Assembly: GCA_028534125.1 (NCBI GenBank)
Contig: CM052816.1
Location: 81,718,001 to 81,782,000, forward strand
Length of the DNA stretch: 64,000 nt
Direction of reading: 5' to 3'
From: Lama glama
Lineage: Eukaryota
How positions within the stretch are numbered: position 1 is the stretch's first letter; each line of letters begins with the position of its first letter. Shown here piece by piece: positions 13,719 through 25,828 of the stretch. The notes below the pieces were generated by a model, which worked only from the letters and a program-made list of their open reading frames with translations, was not told where the DNA came from and searched no databases. The translations under genes and the position numbers were made by a program.

Positions 13719-14559
13719 TATCCTATTAGACCCTTTTATGAGCTCAGAGCATGACTATCTGGTTTGCATCTGTAACACAGAGAGAAGCAATGCGGGGCAG
13801 CAGAGGCTCTCTGAAGGATACCTTATGAATAGGGAGTTTCACCAGAGAGCACCTATGAGATGACCGGGCAGACTGACTGGAGGGAGATGGATGGGGTAAC
13901 CCCTCAGTGGAGTCAGGGTACCAAGTTCGGGCATCCTCCCCACCACCTGCTACCTGTGCTCCAGAACAAAGCACCAAACCTCTCAGCCTGAGCTTCACCT
14001 GGAGATGATGAAACTGAAGTAGATACACTCTGAGATTCCTTCTAGCTTGAAAATTCTGTTATTTCAGCTCCTAATAAAATACCCTTTACGAATCTTTATG
14101 AACTCTGAACAAAAACATTACTGCAAATACCTAGCATAATGTGTTCCCTAAAATTGGTACCTGGTCGTTGTTTACTTCATAAAATGAACCAATGATGATT
14201 AAGATACAAATAAAGATTATTTTTAAAAATCAACAGTCACAGGTATATTATACCCACATATATACCGCATACATATTTGCGCTCCTGTGTGTATGCTATT
14301 ACCTCACTTCAAGAGTTGCCAATTGCCATGACTGCTGTATGTAAAACAGTGTGCTAGACAATATAGGGAAGGACAGAATAATCCACAGTCCTGCCCCCGA
14401 CCAGGACTAGTAACCTAAAGAAAAGACAGAATAGACAACAAGAATAAGATGACAACTCCTGGACAACATATGATTCAAATTCAGATGCACCAAAGTAAAT
14501 GTGACTGGCCTCCTGGAGCCCAGGCATGACAATCAAGGTTTTATATGAGAGAGATGGAC

Positions 14560-14975
14560 ACACCATCAGTCCGGATTCCCAGGAGGAAGCAGAAGACATG
14601 CTCAAAAAGGTTTAACTAGAGTTTGATACAGGGACTGTTCACAGGCAGGGTGAAGCCAGCAACGCCGGGCAACTATTAATACCTGTGGGTCAGAAGGGTA
14701 AGGAGAGCTGGAGCCACGGAAGTGAGCTGTCCATAAGAGCTCAGAAGACATCAACCATTGTCAGGACCTTAGCGAGGCTGAGGGGACAGCAGGAGATAAA
14801 TATCCCAACACTCTCTCCTCCCGCCTTCTGATCTCCCACCTGTGCCTCCCATTGGCTGAACCCAACCAGAAACATGACAACGGAGTCCAGATGTTGGAGT
14901 TCACAGAGATAAGTACATGTCAGTGCATCTTCCTCGTGGTACAGAGGAAGGCAGAGAATGAACTGAGGGGAAGGG
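14560..14975. mobile_element. Old ERVL LTR (LTR33-like)
   Basis: cttctgatctcccacctgtgcctcccattggctgaacccaaccagaa motif typical of the LTR33 group. Confidence 0.6.
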
Positions 14976-15024
14976 GAGGAGGGAGAACACGCGTGTGCAC
15001 ACATACACACACATGCAGAGACAG

Positions 15025-15099
15025 TGGAGATGTACTTGGGACAAGTATGTTTTTGACTTGTCCCAAGTACGTCTTTGACTTGTCCCACGTACATCTCCA
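15025..15099. repeat. Inverted repeat with a tandemly duplicated right arm
   Basis: 15025-15046 is the reverse complement of 15078-15099 (21/22) and 15028-15046 of 15056-15074 (18/19); 22-bp tandem period at 15052-15095. Confidence 0.92.
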
Positions 15100-16149
15100 A
15101 TGGAAAAAAAGAAAAAAAAACTAGGAAGATTATTTGTCCTACCAAAGGGTCTCACCATAGGATTAATCTAAATTTAAACATCAAGGTCTTCTAACATATC
15201 TCAGAATAAAATTAAATTATAATTTAACTCATGCAAACAAAAACTTTCTAAACAGCAAATGACTTCTACAAAATGCTTATATTGACATGTGCTGTTTGTT
15301 TACTTAGGGATTAACAAGTGAAACTGTTAAGAAGGCAAACCACTGACCAGACAAAATTGTCTGTTTTCCTTCATCCTCTATCCCCACCTCCAATTTCCAA
15401 AGATAAAATAAACTCCAGAGTTTGCACACGAACACATTTTTCCATTTATATTTTCTATCAGTTGGCAATTAAAACAAGAATCCCAGAGGTCAGCCAAAAG
15501 TCTTAAATAACAAATGAAAGAGTCAGATATATTATCTCTGGATTCAAAAGTGCAAAACGACATATTATAAGAAACCACCTGGAAAACGGCACTTGGCAGG
15601 CGACATTTCAGAGATCCACATTTCAAACGGCAATCCTCTGCCAACTAACGCTTAACCTTTCACAGAGACCCTCAGAGAAAGCTCTAGAAGTACTGAAGCC
15701 TCTTTGGCACCATCTGCTTTTACGCAGAGCTCCACTGACAGCAATGGGAACCTGGAACCGGGATGAGGATTAGGACTGCTGCTCGGGGTGCAGGGTGAGG
15801 AAGGAGAGCCATGCGTGAGGCAGGGCAGAGGAGGAGGACAGCTAAAAGATGTCTCACGGTCGCCTCCCAATTAGGGACCACATGCCTGCGATTTTTCAGG
15901 ACAGTCCCAGTCTCAGATATCCTGGTCCACACTACTGACATATCCAGTCCTGGGGAAAGAGTTACACAAATTACGGTCCTTTGACTCGGGGCGGAAATAT
16001 GCTGCCATTAAAATTAATAAGTCTGTAATGACATGAAAAGTCTTAGAGTTTATTCATTCAGTAACGTTTGAATCCCTGTTGTATACTACAGATGGTGCAA
16101 AGGTGTTGAAGCTGGAATGATGAATTATGGAGCATAAAGCATGCACACT

Positions 16150-16392
16150 GTATAGCACAGAACGGCTCCAGAACCAGGCTGCCAACACCTGAATCTCCGC
16201 TCCACCACTGAAAAGCTGGAAGACCTTGAGCAATTTCCCTAAATACTGTGTGCCTCAAGTGATCTCTGTTGTAAAACAGGGATACTAAAGGTACCTTCTT
16301 CATAGGATCATTGCAAGAATAAAGTTCTATATGTTAAGCTTGTAACAATGCCTGGCCAGTAGTAAGGGCTCAGTAAATCTCAGCTGTATTAC
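16150..16392 (+). mobile_element. MIR SINE
   Basis: gaccttgagcaatttccctaaatactgtgtgcctcaagtgatctctgttgtaaaacaggg...agtaagggctcagtaaat. Confidence 0.75.
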
Positions 16393-17102
16393 AATATGAA
16401 GTGCCAGTCCTTATAGTCTTGGTTTAGTAAGAGATGCAAATACAAACTGGAAAATGATGTATAATGCTAGGTGCAATCAAGGGCTTCCCTTCAGGCTAAC
16501 ATTATCCTGGGAATGCAAGAGATCAGGAAAGTCTTCTGTTCATAAAAATAGAGAGTGTGTCATTGTCACTTGAGTCAGGCGAGAACAAGACCAGTCTACT
16601 TTCTCCTGCAGCCCACTGAGCACTTCCAGAGTCTACTTCATCTTCCAAGCCTCCCCAAGTTGGGGGCGCACGAAAGACAAAGAGTGGAAGGCAGAGGAAA
16701 TGATACCAAGTGTGCAGGCAGACCTGCCAGCCCCTGCCACCATGGGAGTGGGTAAAAACGAGCCCTTTTCACAGGCTGGAAAGCATGTGTCTTTGTGGTC
16801 TCATCGTGTTAAGAACGGTCTTCATTTCTGTGACAGCCCTGAGATGTTCTCTTACTGGGATCAGCTAGTAATCTCCAAAGCAAGGAATCCTCTTTTCCCC
16901 TTCAAATGTCTCATTGGTTATACCTTCCTTTGAAGTCAGAAGAGAGTGTAAAATTACTTTCAGCTGCCTGGAAAATCAGCCGAGTAGAGGAATCTTCCTT
17001 GGAATCAGAATGAGAAATCAGGCAACTCAGATCTTCCGTAAGGTGAGCCCACAGTCTGCCTTAACTCCTTTTGGCAATGAGACACCTAAATCAATATCCA
17101 CC

Positions 17103-17490
17103 TATATCAGTTTGGCAGCAAAGGGTACCAAACTCTGATTCAAAATGGCTTGAGCAAGGAGAAAATGAATCATCTCACATGATGGGAACTACAGAGAAAG
17201 ACAGTGCTTCCTAACTACACTCTGGGATCTGCTCTCTCCTGCATGTCGGCTTCATCCTAAGGCTGGTGGCAAGATGCCTACAGCAGTTCTAGACAGCAAC
17301 ATGCCAAGGGAGCAAAGGGGTCATTTGTTTTCTGTCTCTCTTTCTTAGTAATGAGCAAACCTTTCAAAGAAGTTCCACAGGAGACATTCCTTCACACCTC
17401 ATTGCCCAGACTTGGACCACATACTCTTTTCTACACTTGTCTCTGGGATGTGGAATGGAGGTACCACGACCAGAGTGGGCTAATCATCTC
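17103..17490 (-). mobile_element. Old MaLR LTR (MLT1J/K/L-like)
   Basis: ctgattcaaaatggcttgagcaagg...ggcttcatcctaaggctggtggcaagatg...cctcattgcccagacttggaccacat. Confidence 0.65.
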
Positions 17491-17949
17491 AAAGAATGGA
17501 TGCTCCTGAGCCCGCGTGACCACTGAGCCTGCAATGGGCTTCTGGCAAGGACTGAAGGAGGAAATAAACACTAGTTTATTTCAGAGGAGTTAGCGTGCTG
17601 TACGGTTAGTGTCACAAATAGAATTCTGGGAAGCCACAGCATCAGACATGTTCAGAAATGCCTACTGCCTGATACTGCACACATACAAAGAAGAATAATG
17701 AGCGACCTGATGGACAAGATGCTAACATACCTGGTATAAATGCCCAAGAACCACTCTATTTGGGGTCTGGACATTTATAATGATTACTGCTGAGCTGACA
17801 GTGCATTGTGGTGTATTAGCATTTCTGTCCCAAGTGGGCACCTGCAGCAGAGGGGTATAAATACAGAAGGAAGGTCAGAGGAGAAAGGAGAGTCACTCGC
17901 CAGAAAACATGCTGGATTAAAATGAGAGCAAAGGAATTTTTTAATACAG

Positions 17950-19925
17950 TGGGGGAGGGGTTTGCTAAACTCTCAAAGATAAAGAGAACAGAAGAAACAA
18001 TGCAACAAAATTTTGGAAGCTGGGAAGTGGTCTAACCCATGGTAACTGACTTAGTAAATGAAAGAAAGCTGAAACCTAGCACTGCAGGACAGAGCCTGAA
18101 GCAGGCAGGGGTTCATGACCCAGAGCTCCAGAGGTTTTGGAACTGGGGGCACCAAGCACTGAGGGGCTCGGGGGTCCAGAGGCAGGAGAGCTGGCTGAGA
18201 GTCTGTGCCTGAAGCTGTCAGACCCTGTTATCTCCTCTCTGTCTAGCTCCCAAGTGACTGCCTACATTCTGCGAATTGTTTGCTCTGCTGAATCAGGGCC
18301 ACTCTGGACTCTGAGACACCAAGTGTAGCTGAGGGAAGGGGTGCGCTTTAAAAACGGGGAAATCAGAGAAGGTCTCCATACCAAACGCAGGACTCCTGGT
18401 CTCCAGAATGCTGCAACCACCAATTCCCCTTGATCTTGGGACTTCTCTTCACCTTGTCAGTTTCCTTGGAGAGGAAAGACTTTCCAGCAACAGGTGTGAA
18501 TCCTCCAATGAAACCACTCAGCAGGACAATCCTACAGCCAGCCGCTCACGTGGCTCACCTGGGGCGCTCTTCATAATCACTCCTACCTGGGCCCCAGCAA
18601 GACCCTGCATCATTCAATTACTTGGCAAATACAAATGGAAAGTTTACTGTGTGCCAGGAATTGATCCAGATTCCGAAACACTGTTCCAGGTGTCCTTGGT
18701 GAGTGGGAACTATTCCTGGGGAGAAATCCCACCAGGCGTGCAGCCCTTCCAGTTAACTTTTCAGTGGTCAGTTCCAGGGGCACCAGGCATTTGAGAAAAG
18801 CCTTTAACGTGCAAGAGATTTAAAACAAAAACAAAACAAAGCAAAAACTAAGAAAAAGTTAAGAAACAGCAGAGGGAATAGAGGGACGCTTCAAAAGAGT
18901 TGTCATGAGATCCTCATCCATGAAATGAGAAGAGGAGGTTACAAAAAGAAAATCTGAAACTTTTAAAGAGCTCTTGGAATTTTTAAGTTTGATGGCAGAC
19001 GTGAAAATTCAATATATGGGTTGGAAGATAAAATGAGTAAATTTCCCAGGAAGCAGAATTTTTTTTCAAAAAGAGATAGAAAATAAAAGAGAAAAGTAAG
19101 AAATTTAGAGATTCAATCCATGAGGGCCTCCTTTCAACTTAATATGTGTTCCAAAAGAGGAAAGAAATCATTTTTTTAATATTTCAGAAAACAGTTCAGA
19201 AATGAAGGACAAGAGTTTCTAGACTGAGAGGGTCCACTGAAAGCCAAGTAAAATGGATGAAAAAAAGACAGCAAGGTATATTATACTGTGATTTCATTAC
19301 AGAGAGAAAGGACATTACAAAGACAAGAAGAAAATACTAAAAACTTTGAGAGGAGAAAATAATTACATTCAAAGCATCAGGAATTAGCATGACAGATGAC
19401 TCACTGGCAATACTGAACCTGGAAGAGTAATGCTTTCCAAATTCTAAGGGAAATGGATTTCCAACAGAGTTCGTACCCCATCAAATGATCAAACCTGGAA
19501 TATCTCAAAAAATGTATCTCCCATGTACTCTTTCTCAGGAACTTATAGAAGATGTGTTTTACCAACAAGAGAGCAGAGACAAAGAAAGAGGAAGAGATGG
19601 GTCTACAAAACAGGGGATGCCGCATGAGAAAGAGCAAAATTAGTCCCTGGTGTGATGGTGAAAGGGGATTCCAGGATGATGGCTGTGCCGAAGGCCTCAA
19701 GAGCAGCAAATCCAGAGCACAGGAGGCCACAAGGCTCAGCGAGGGAGATGGACCAGGTGGAGCAGGACACACCTATTTAGAAACGTGGACAGAAAGTTGA
19801 CGTGGTTGTCTCTGGAGCACAGGAGTTGAGGCTGGTGAGCAATGGGGAAAGTGGCAGCTGTTTCCAGTTATAAGCCTTGTGGAAGAAGCTGACTTTAAAA
19901 TTATGTAGATGGACAGCTTTGATAA
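17950..19925 (+). mobile_element. Ancient L1/HAL1 5' and ORF1-like fragments
   Basis: A-rich degenerate ORF1-like segments (ttctagactgagagggtccactgaaagcc; taatgctttccaaattctaagggaaatggatttccaac); no intact ORF. Confidence 0.6.
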
Positions 19926-21199
19926 GGAAGGAAGGGAAGCTCAGGCTATGAATCAGACTCCAGATGAAAACCCAGGCAAAGATCGGGAGAAACTGCTTCT
20001 AGATGGCAGCAAGGGTACCTGGTGAAACTTCTGGGAAACAGAGAAGAGTTGATGAAGAAGACAAGGGCTGAGCAACTGGCAGAGGGGTGAGACGAGAACC
20101 TGATGGCCCAGGAGACAGACAGGAATAGGGTCACTATTTCACTTCAAGGAAACAATTCCTAAGCTTGACCTGCCTGGAATCACCAAGATCAGTAGGAACA
20201 GAGGATTAAAGGGAGCTGTGCGTGCCAAGCGAGGTGTTGGGGCGACTTACAGAAGTGAGAAGGCAAAAGGAAAGGCGGTCTGGGGACACCTGGCTGTCTT
20301 GCTTTCACCCTAGATTAGGAAGGGGTTGGGTCTACCTCCTCTGACAATTAGCCCCAGCTGCACCAGCTCACAGCACTCAGGGCTGAAACGGCACGGGCAA
20401 GCAAGAAATCCCGGGTCCATGTTGGTTCCTCCGCTTTCCCTGGTACATCCTAGCTCTGCTTCTTCTGTGTGTGGCCCACTCTGAGAACTCTTTCCTTTAG
20501 AACCTGACATAGATCTGGTTTCCCAAAGCCTACCTTACCCATGGCTGCACCCAAGGGGGATGATGGTTTCGACTAGCAATCCTGAAGGCAATTAACTCTG
20601 GGTGGGCCCTGTTAACTTTGTTAACACCTCAGCAAAACGAGTGCACCAAGGTGCATCTCTAGGTTAGTGAGGATGGAACGGCCATTCGTGGGTAAGGAAA
20701 TCCCCTTGTACCTGACTTGTCAATTCATCTGCAAAGCGAATTTAGAGTTGCAAAACAGTATAGGAGTGCAAAGTCTGAAAGTACTATATTTTGAGTGTAT
20801 TTAAAGATACTTCTACATTATTTACAGTTTATGCCATCCCCCTTATGATATGAAACTCAGTCTGACCTATTTTTATGAAAAGCATTTACTATTTACATTC
20901 ACAGAATCTGTTCTTCCACAAGTGGTTCCCAGAGTGAAGGCTGTAGTTCGCTCTTCTTTAACCTCCATCTCATGAGACAAAATTTGACTTAATCTTACTC
21001 CTAGTGTTTATAAACTGCTTACTAGACCGTAGCAACATGACAGAAAATGTCATTCTCCTTCCAAACACCCTTCATCTTTGAAGTCTGATTCGCGGATACT
21101 GCAATCGAAACATTTTGTGACTCAGTGGTCGGGGAGTTGTCCAAGTGGGATGTTTAGTAGCTTGGGGCAAAGATTTGTCCGCAAACGAGATCACGACGT

Positions 21200-22660
21200 T
21201 TGCATTATCAAAAACAGTTCCTGCCGGTAGAAGCCGCAGCTCCGCTCTACCCCCAGAGTCGTTCCCTGCTAGCCAAAGGGGTAAGCAGGGGGATAAGGGC
21301 CGTGTCACAGATGCCTGGGTTGCTGGACTGCCCTCCCCCTTCTTGGGCTTCAACAGCACCTCTCATCGAGGTGACTCGGAGAACCAAGGCTCTGCAGCCC
21401 CTCGCGACGGGACCCTCGTCCCCCAACCCACCCCCACCCCCCGCAGCGCTCCCCGTCCCGCTCCTCACACACACTCAGGGCACCTCCTTCAGTCTAGTAA
21501 TTGACAAACCCCTTCCATGTCGATTACTCCTTTCCCAAGAATCACAAACCATCTCTAAACATGCAAATCCCCCAAGTCAAAAACAAGACACCCAAGTGGT
21601 CTGCGGGGCGGAGTACAGCGGGCGTTAGTCGGCTACTGCTGCGTTTCTCTGAGGCTGTGGCTTAATTTCCACACTTAACTCATGCAGCCTCAGCCGGCAC
21701 CCCAACCCGGATAGGATGGGGGAAGCCTGAGGTTTTGTTTGCTAAGCGGACTCCTACCTCCAGTTTTGAAGTCACCTTCGGGGGTCTCCTCTCGACGTCT
21801 TCGGTGGAGGCTTGGTCGGGAGCAGCCGGCCTTGGGTAATCCTCTCGGGCTGGGCGCGCACGCCCCGGGTAGCGAGCCGGAGCCTAATCACCTGCCGGCC
21901 GCGGGCGGGGCGGGGCGGGGCGGGGCGGGGCCGGGCTGCTCAGCGCGGACGCCCCGCCCGGGACGCGGCCCTCCTGCGCGCCTCCCGCCGGTCCTCCTGG
22001 AGCATGGTTCCCGCAGGAGTCCCCAGCGCTCCCCTCCGTCCGCTCCAGGTCTGTGGGAGGACCCCCTCCTCCCTCCTCCAGCCCCGGTTGGGGAGGTTAT
22101 GAAAAGGCTGTAATGGAATCCCGGCTCGGCTCGTCACTCCCTGCTCACTTGTCAAAACTCCACAGCATTCCAGAACCCCTTCCCCGGTCACTCCCCTCGC
22201 GGGGAAAAGGAAACCGCCCCGGGAAGGTTTCGGGGAGTTTGGGGTTTCTGATGCAGACACCTTTGTTTACATCAACTGCTCCGGAGCTCCCGGCGGTAAC
22301 TGGAAACGCCCTACCCAGATACCCTCGCCCGGTCAAAAGTTCTCCCTCCAGCACCGCGAGAAGCTCCACCTCCCCACATCAATTCATTTCATAACCGCTC
22401 CGTTTCATAATCAGCAGCAGCGTGGGTTCCTTCTGGGGGTGGGGTGGGATGAGAGGGAGCCCCAAACTAGAATCACAACCATTACACCGGGCAGGATATC
22501 AGGCAACTTTCCAGCAAGCTGCAATCAGATTCTTTCTGCCAGAGAAACCAAATTTACCACTGCTGAATTACAATCGCCGGTGACTGCACAACTTAAGCAT
22601 TTCCTTTATACTTTCTCCGGCTCCCGCGCCCCTCCCGCCCCTCCCGCCCCTCCCGTCTTC
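21200..22660. promoter_or_regulatory. Intronic CpG island, candidate alternative promoter
   Basis: Sharp rise in GC and CpG, core ~21780-22090. (GGGGC)5 Sp/KLF boxes at 21907-21931 and (CCCCTCCCG)3 at 22629-22655. No recognisable interspersed repeat. Confidence 0.8.
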
Positions 22661-24859
22661 TGCGGGGTTCAGTCAACAAGTCATCCCCCGGAGAGGCATG
22701 AATGGGCTTGGGCCGTGCAGCCATCTCTCCAGCTGCAAACTGATGAGGAAGCCCGACCCACGAGACTGAATTGTTTACATCACACCCACTGAGGGCTTCC
22801 TGTCTTAAATTAATGGGAATACAAATAAGACAGGAAAAGAGTGTTTGCTTTTCTTAGAGCCGGGGTGGGGGCTGGCAGAGAGAGGGGGAGGTCATCCACA
22901 TTTCATTGCGTGAAAAGGTTGCTTTTCAAAACTTCAATTGTATTTTATTCCTTTCCCCCCACTTTGAACACTTGTTGAAAAGGAAAAGCGTTGCTGTGCC
23001 AAACCTCAAACCATTGAGGAACTTCTGCTCAAAACACATTTTCACCAGGCTTCGACAGGGATCCAGGGTGGAGATCCCAGTGGGCAGCTTGAGGTATGGG
23101 GACCTCCTGTGGTTGCAGGGCACAAGTCCCCCCACAGCCTGAAGCCCTGCGCCTCCTGGGACTTGCAGACAAGCACACACACTCACCCCACTCCTCAGGG
23201 TTCATACCACTCCCCACCCCTTCATCTGTAAGCCACGGCTCTCTTCCGTGGGCATCTAGCAGCCCCATAAAATAAATTAGCTCTGCAACGGACAGATCTG
23301 GTGGAATTCAAAGCAATCAATCATAAAGGAGGAGGCAAAAGAAGGCTTCAGTTTCCGCTATCATTACTGCCACTGCAATGGGTAATTAGAGCCTGGGAGG
23401 GGCCAACCCCTGTCCAGCTCCCACCCGCAACCCCGACATCGGCCCACTCCCAGAAGCAGCCCACAGAGCACATGGTAAATAATTACCATAATCACCAGTC
23501 CTGAAATTACCCCCAGTTGCTTCATTCCCGTAGGCACAACAGCAAACCCAGAGATGCGCAGGAATGCCAGGCAGTGGCATTCCTCCTTTGGAAGTACTAG
23601 AAGGAAACAAAACCCCAGGATAAAGCATATCTCAGGGAGGTGGGGGCATTGCACCCAATAATGACAATGGGGTTTAGGAGAACAGTACATGTGCCTAGTG
23701 AGAAGAAACTTTGCAAGCCAATCCTCAAAATACTGCAATTCCTGGGTCAAAGCAAGTTAGGCTGATGATTTTAGAAAATGCCAAGTGTAACAGAACTCTC
23801 TAACAGAAGGTTACTGCCTTGCAAATACTTTAAGCATCCCAGTGAATATTAGCTACTCTCCACTTCCCTTCTCCCTCTCTTGGGCCAGGAGGTGGTGGTC
23901 CCAGTGGATTCATTAGCATATGTTTCTGTAGCATCTGGGCACCTAAGTTTTCTGGGAATTAGGTTCAAATTAAATAATCTTCTAATAATAATTTCAGAAG
24001 TGCTCCTTTTCTTCCTTCTGATTGCTCACCCCACTGACAGCTTCTTAATGCTTTTCTTCTACTTTACTCCTTCAATCTGGTATGTAATTTATGATGTGCA
24101 AATCAAGGCTGCTTAAAAGTAAATCCATGATTTTAAGCATAATGCAAATAAATATTCCCCTCTTCCCCACCAATTCCATTGCCTAAGCTCAATTTAGGGT
24201 GTGTATGTGCTGAGAATTAAAATTTGACCACATCTGTATAATATCTTAATTTCAGAAAAGATTTGAATGCATATGACATTCTCATCAGCAGGCCAGAAAG
24301 ATACGATCTGGTCGGTCTTTTCCCTCCCCAGGTTTCGCTGAGACTGGAAAAGAGATCAATGGCTCAGTAAACAAAGGGGTGCTTAAAATGTGGCCTCCAG
24401 TTTTATCCTAGGTCTGGTTTAAATAATACTTAAATTGCTATCTGCACACCCAGAGTCTACAAATAATATTAATTTGAGTGGGAATTGCTGATATGCTAAG
24501 AGAATCCAAATTGGCTTCAACACATGAAGGAAATGTCTCGTGAAAAACGGTTTCGAGTTCAGCATGACGGCTGATTACAAAAGTAGTATCCTGAGGGGTG
24601 ATGATCAAAACGACAGGCATAAATGGGGCTTCATATCTAGATTGGAGAAAAACTGACAGATGTGAGGATCACAGCAGATCATGCATTTAATAGGAATCTG
24701 TGTGTTGTACTGATAAGAAATAGGCACCACAATCGTGGGGTGAATTCAGTTGGTGGGAGTCTGACATGAAAGAAAAGTGCCTCTCCTCACTTCTCCCTCC
24801 CCCATCATAAAGAATTTGGCAGCAGACAGACTCTTATTAGGGTGGCAGGTCCAGTCAGA

Positions 24860-25150
24860 GGCCCCTTATTTTAAGGGCGACATGGAGACACTGGAAGGGT
24901 TCCAAAGGAGAACCAAAATGATTAAAGAGACAAAATAGAACCTATGAAGGAAGGTTAAAGGATTTGGAGTTGTTTAGTCTAGAGAGAAAAAGTGCCTAAA
25001 GGCAAACTTAACAGTCTTCTCCTCCCACGTGAAAGGTTATTATAAAGAGGACACCCGCCAGCTGTTCTTCATCTCTACAGAAGACAGAAGAGGTAAGAGA
25101 TTCAAAACGCAACATTAAAATTTGGGTCAGACACAAAGAAGACTTGCTTG
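24860..25150 (+). mobile_element. CR1/L3 LINE reverse-transcriptase C-terminal fossil
   Basis: Frameshifted translation APYFKGDMETLEGFQRRTKMIK / TYEGRLKDLELFSLER fits the CR1 ORF2 pattern (PHFKKD..KLERVQRRATKMI..L....YEERLKELGLFSLEKRR). Confidence 0.8.
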
Positions 25151-25550
25151 ATGCTAATAGGAACTGACTTGACATTGACATCACTGTGCAATCTTCACCT
25201 CTCAAGACTTCATCCCAGTGATAGTCTTGCATGTTCAGACAGAAGCTGGGCTGGAGAACTCCTTTCACTCCCTTCCAGGGCTACAGGATTCCTCATTACC
25301 CTGCTGAATGTGGGGGCACTGGTCCTAAGCATCCATGTTCCCTAATTCAGAAACAGGGCACCACAAAAATGTAATTATCTCTGCAAACCTATGCCCATGT
25401 CTCATCGGACCTTTGTTTATTGGGATGGGTTTCTCTGAGAATATGCCTGACTTTTGACTTTGATAAGTATATTTTACAGATTCACTCTTCTATGTTGTTT
25501 CTATGTACAGCAGCCTCACTTTTTGTTTAGTGAGCACACAGATGTTAGTT

Positions 25551-25577
25551 GATGATGATGATGATGATGATGATGAT
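25551..25577. repeat. (GAT)9 microsatellite at a MIR end
   Basis: Nine perfect GAT units. Confidence 0.95.
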
Positions 25578-25828
25578 AACAGCTACAAATTATTAAACTC
25601 TTCCTATAATTATGCTGGGCACTGTGCTAGCTACTTTATGTAGATTGTCTGTCTCATTTATTTTTTGCAGTAGCCCAGTGAAGTGGATACAGTTATTAGC
25701 TTTATTCTAACATAAGGAAACTGAGTCACGACGAGGTTAAGTAACACAGCTAGTAAATGCTGTAGTCCCAATTCAAACCCATTTAGTCTGACTCAAAAGG
25801 GTGTGCTTAACCATTGCACCACTGCCTC
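25578..25828 (-). mobile_element. MIR SINE
   Basis: tgctgggcactgtgctagc...aaggaaactgagtcacgacgaggttaagtaac...tgtgcttaaccattgcaccactgcc. Confidence 0.8.

Noticed and set aside
23029..23268. ATG-initiated ORF crossing a strong minus-strand donor GGG|GTGAGT (23187/23186), as an alternative coding first exon
   Set aside because: 82 nt from ATG to donor is phase 1, while the next PDZD2 exon needs phase 2; the peptide is unrecognisable.
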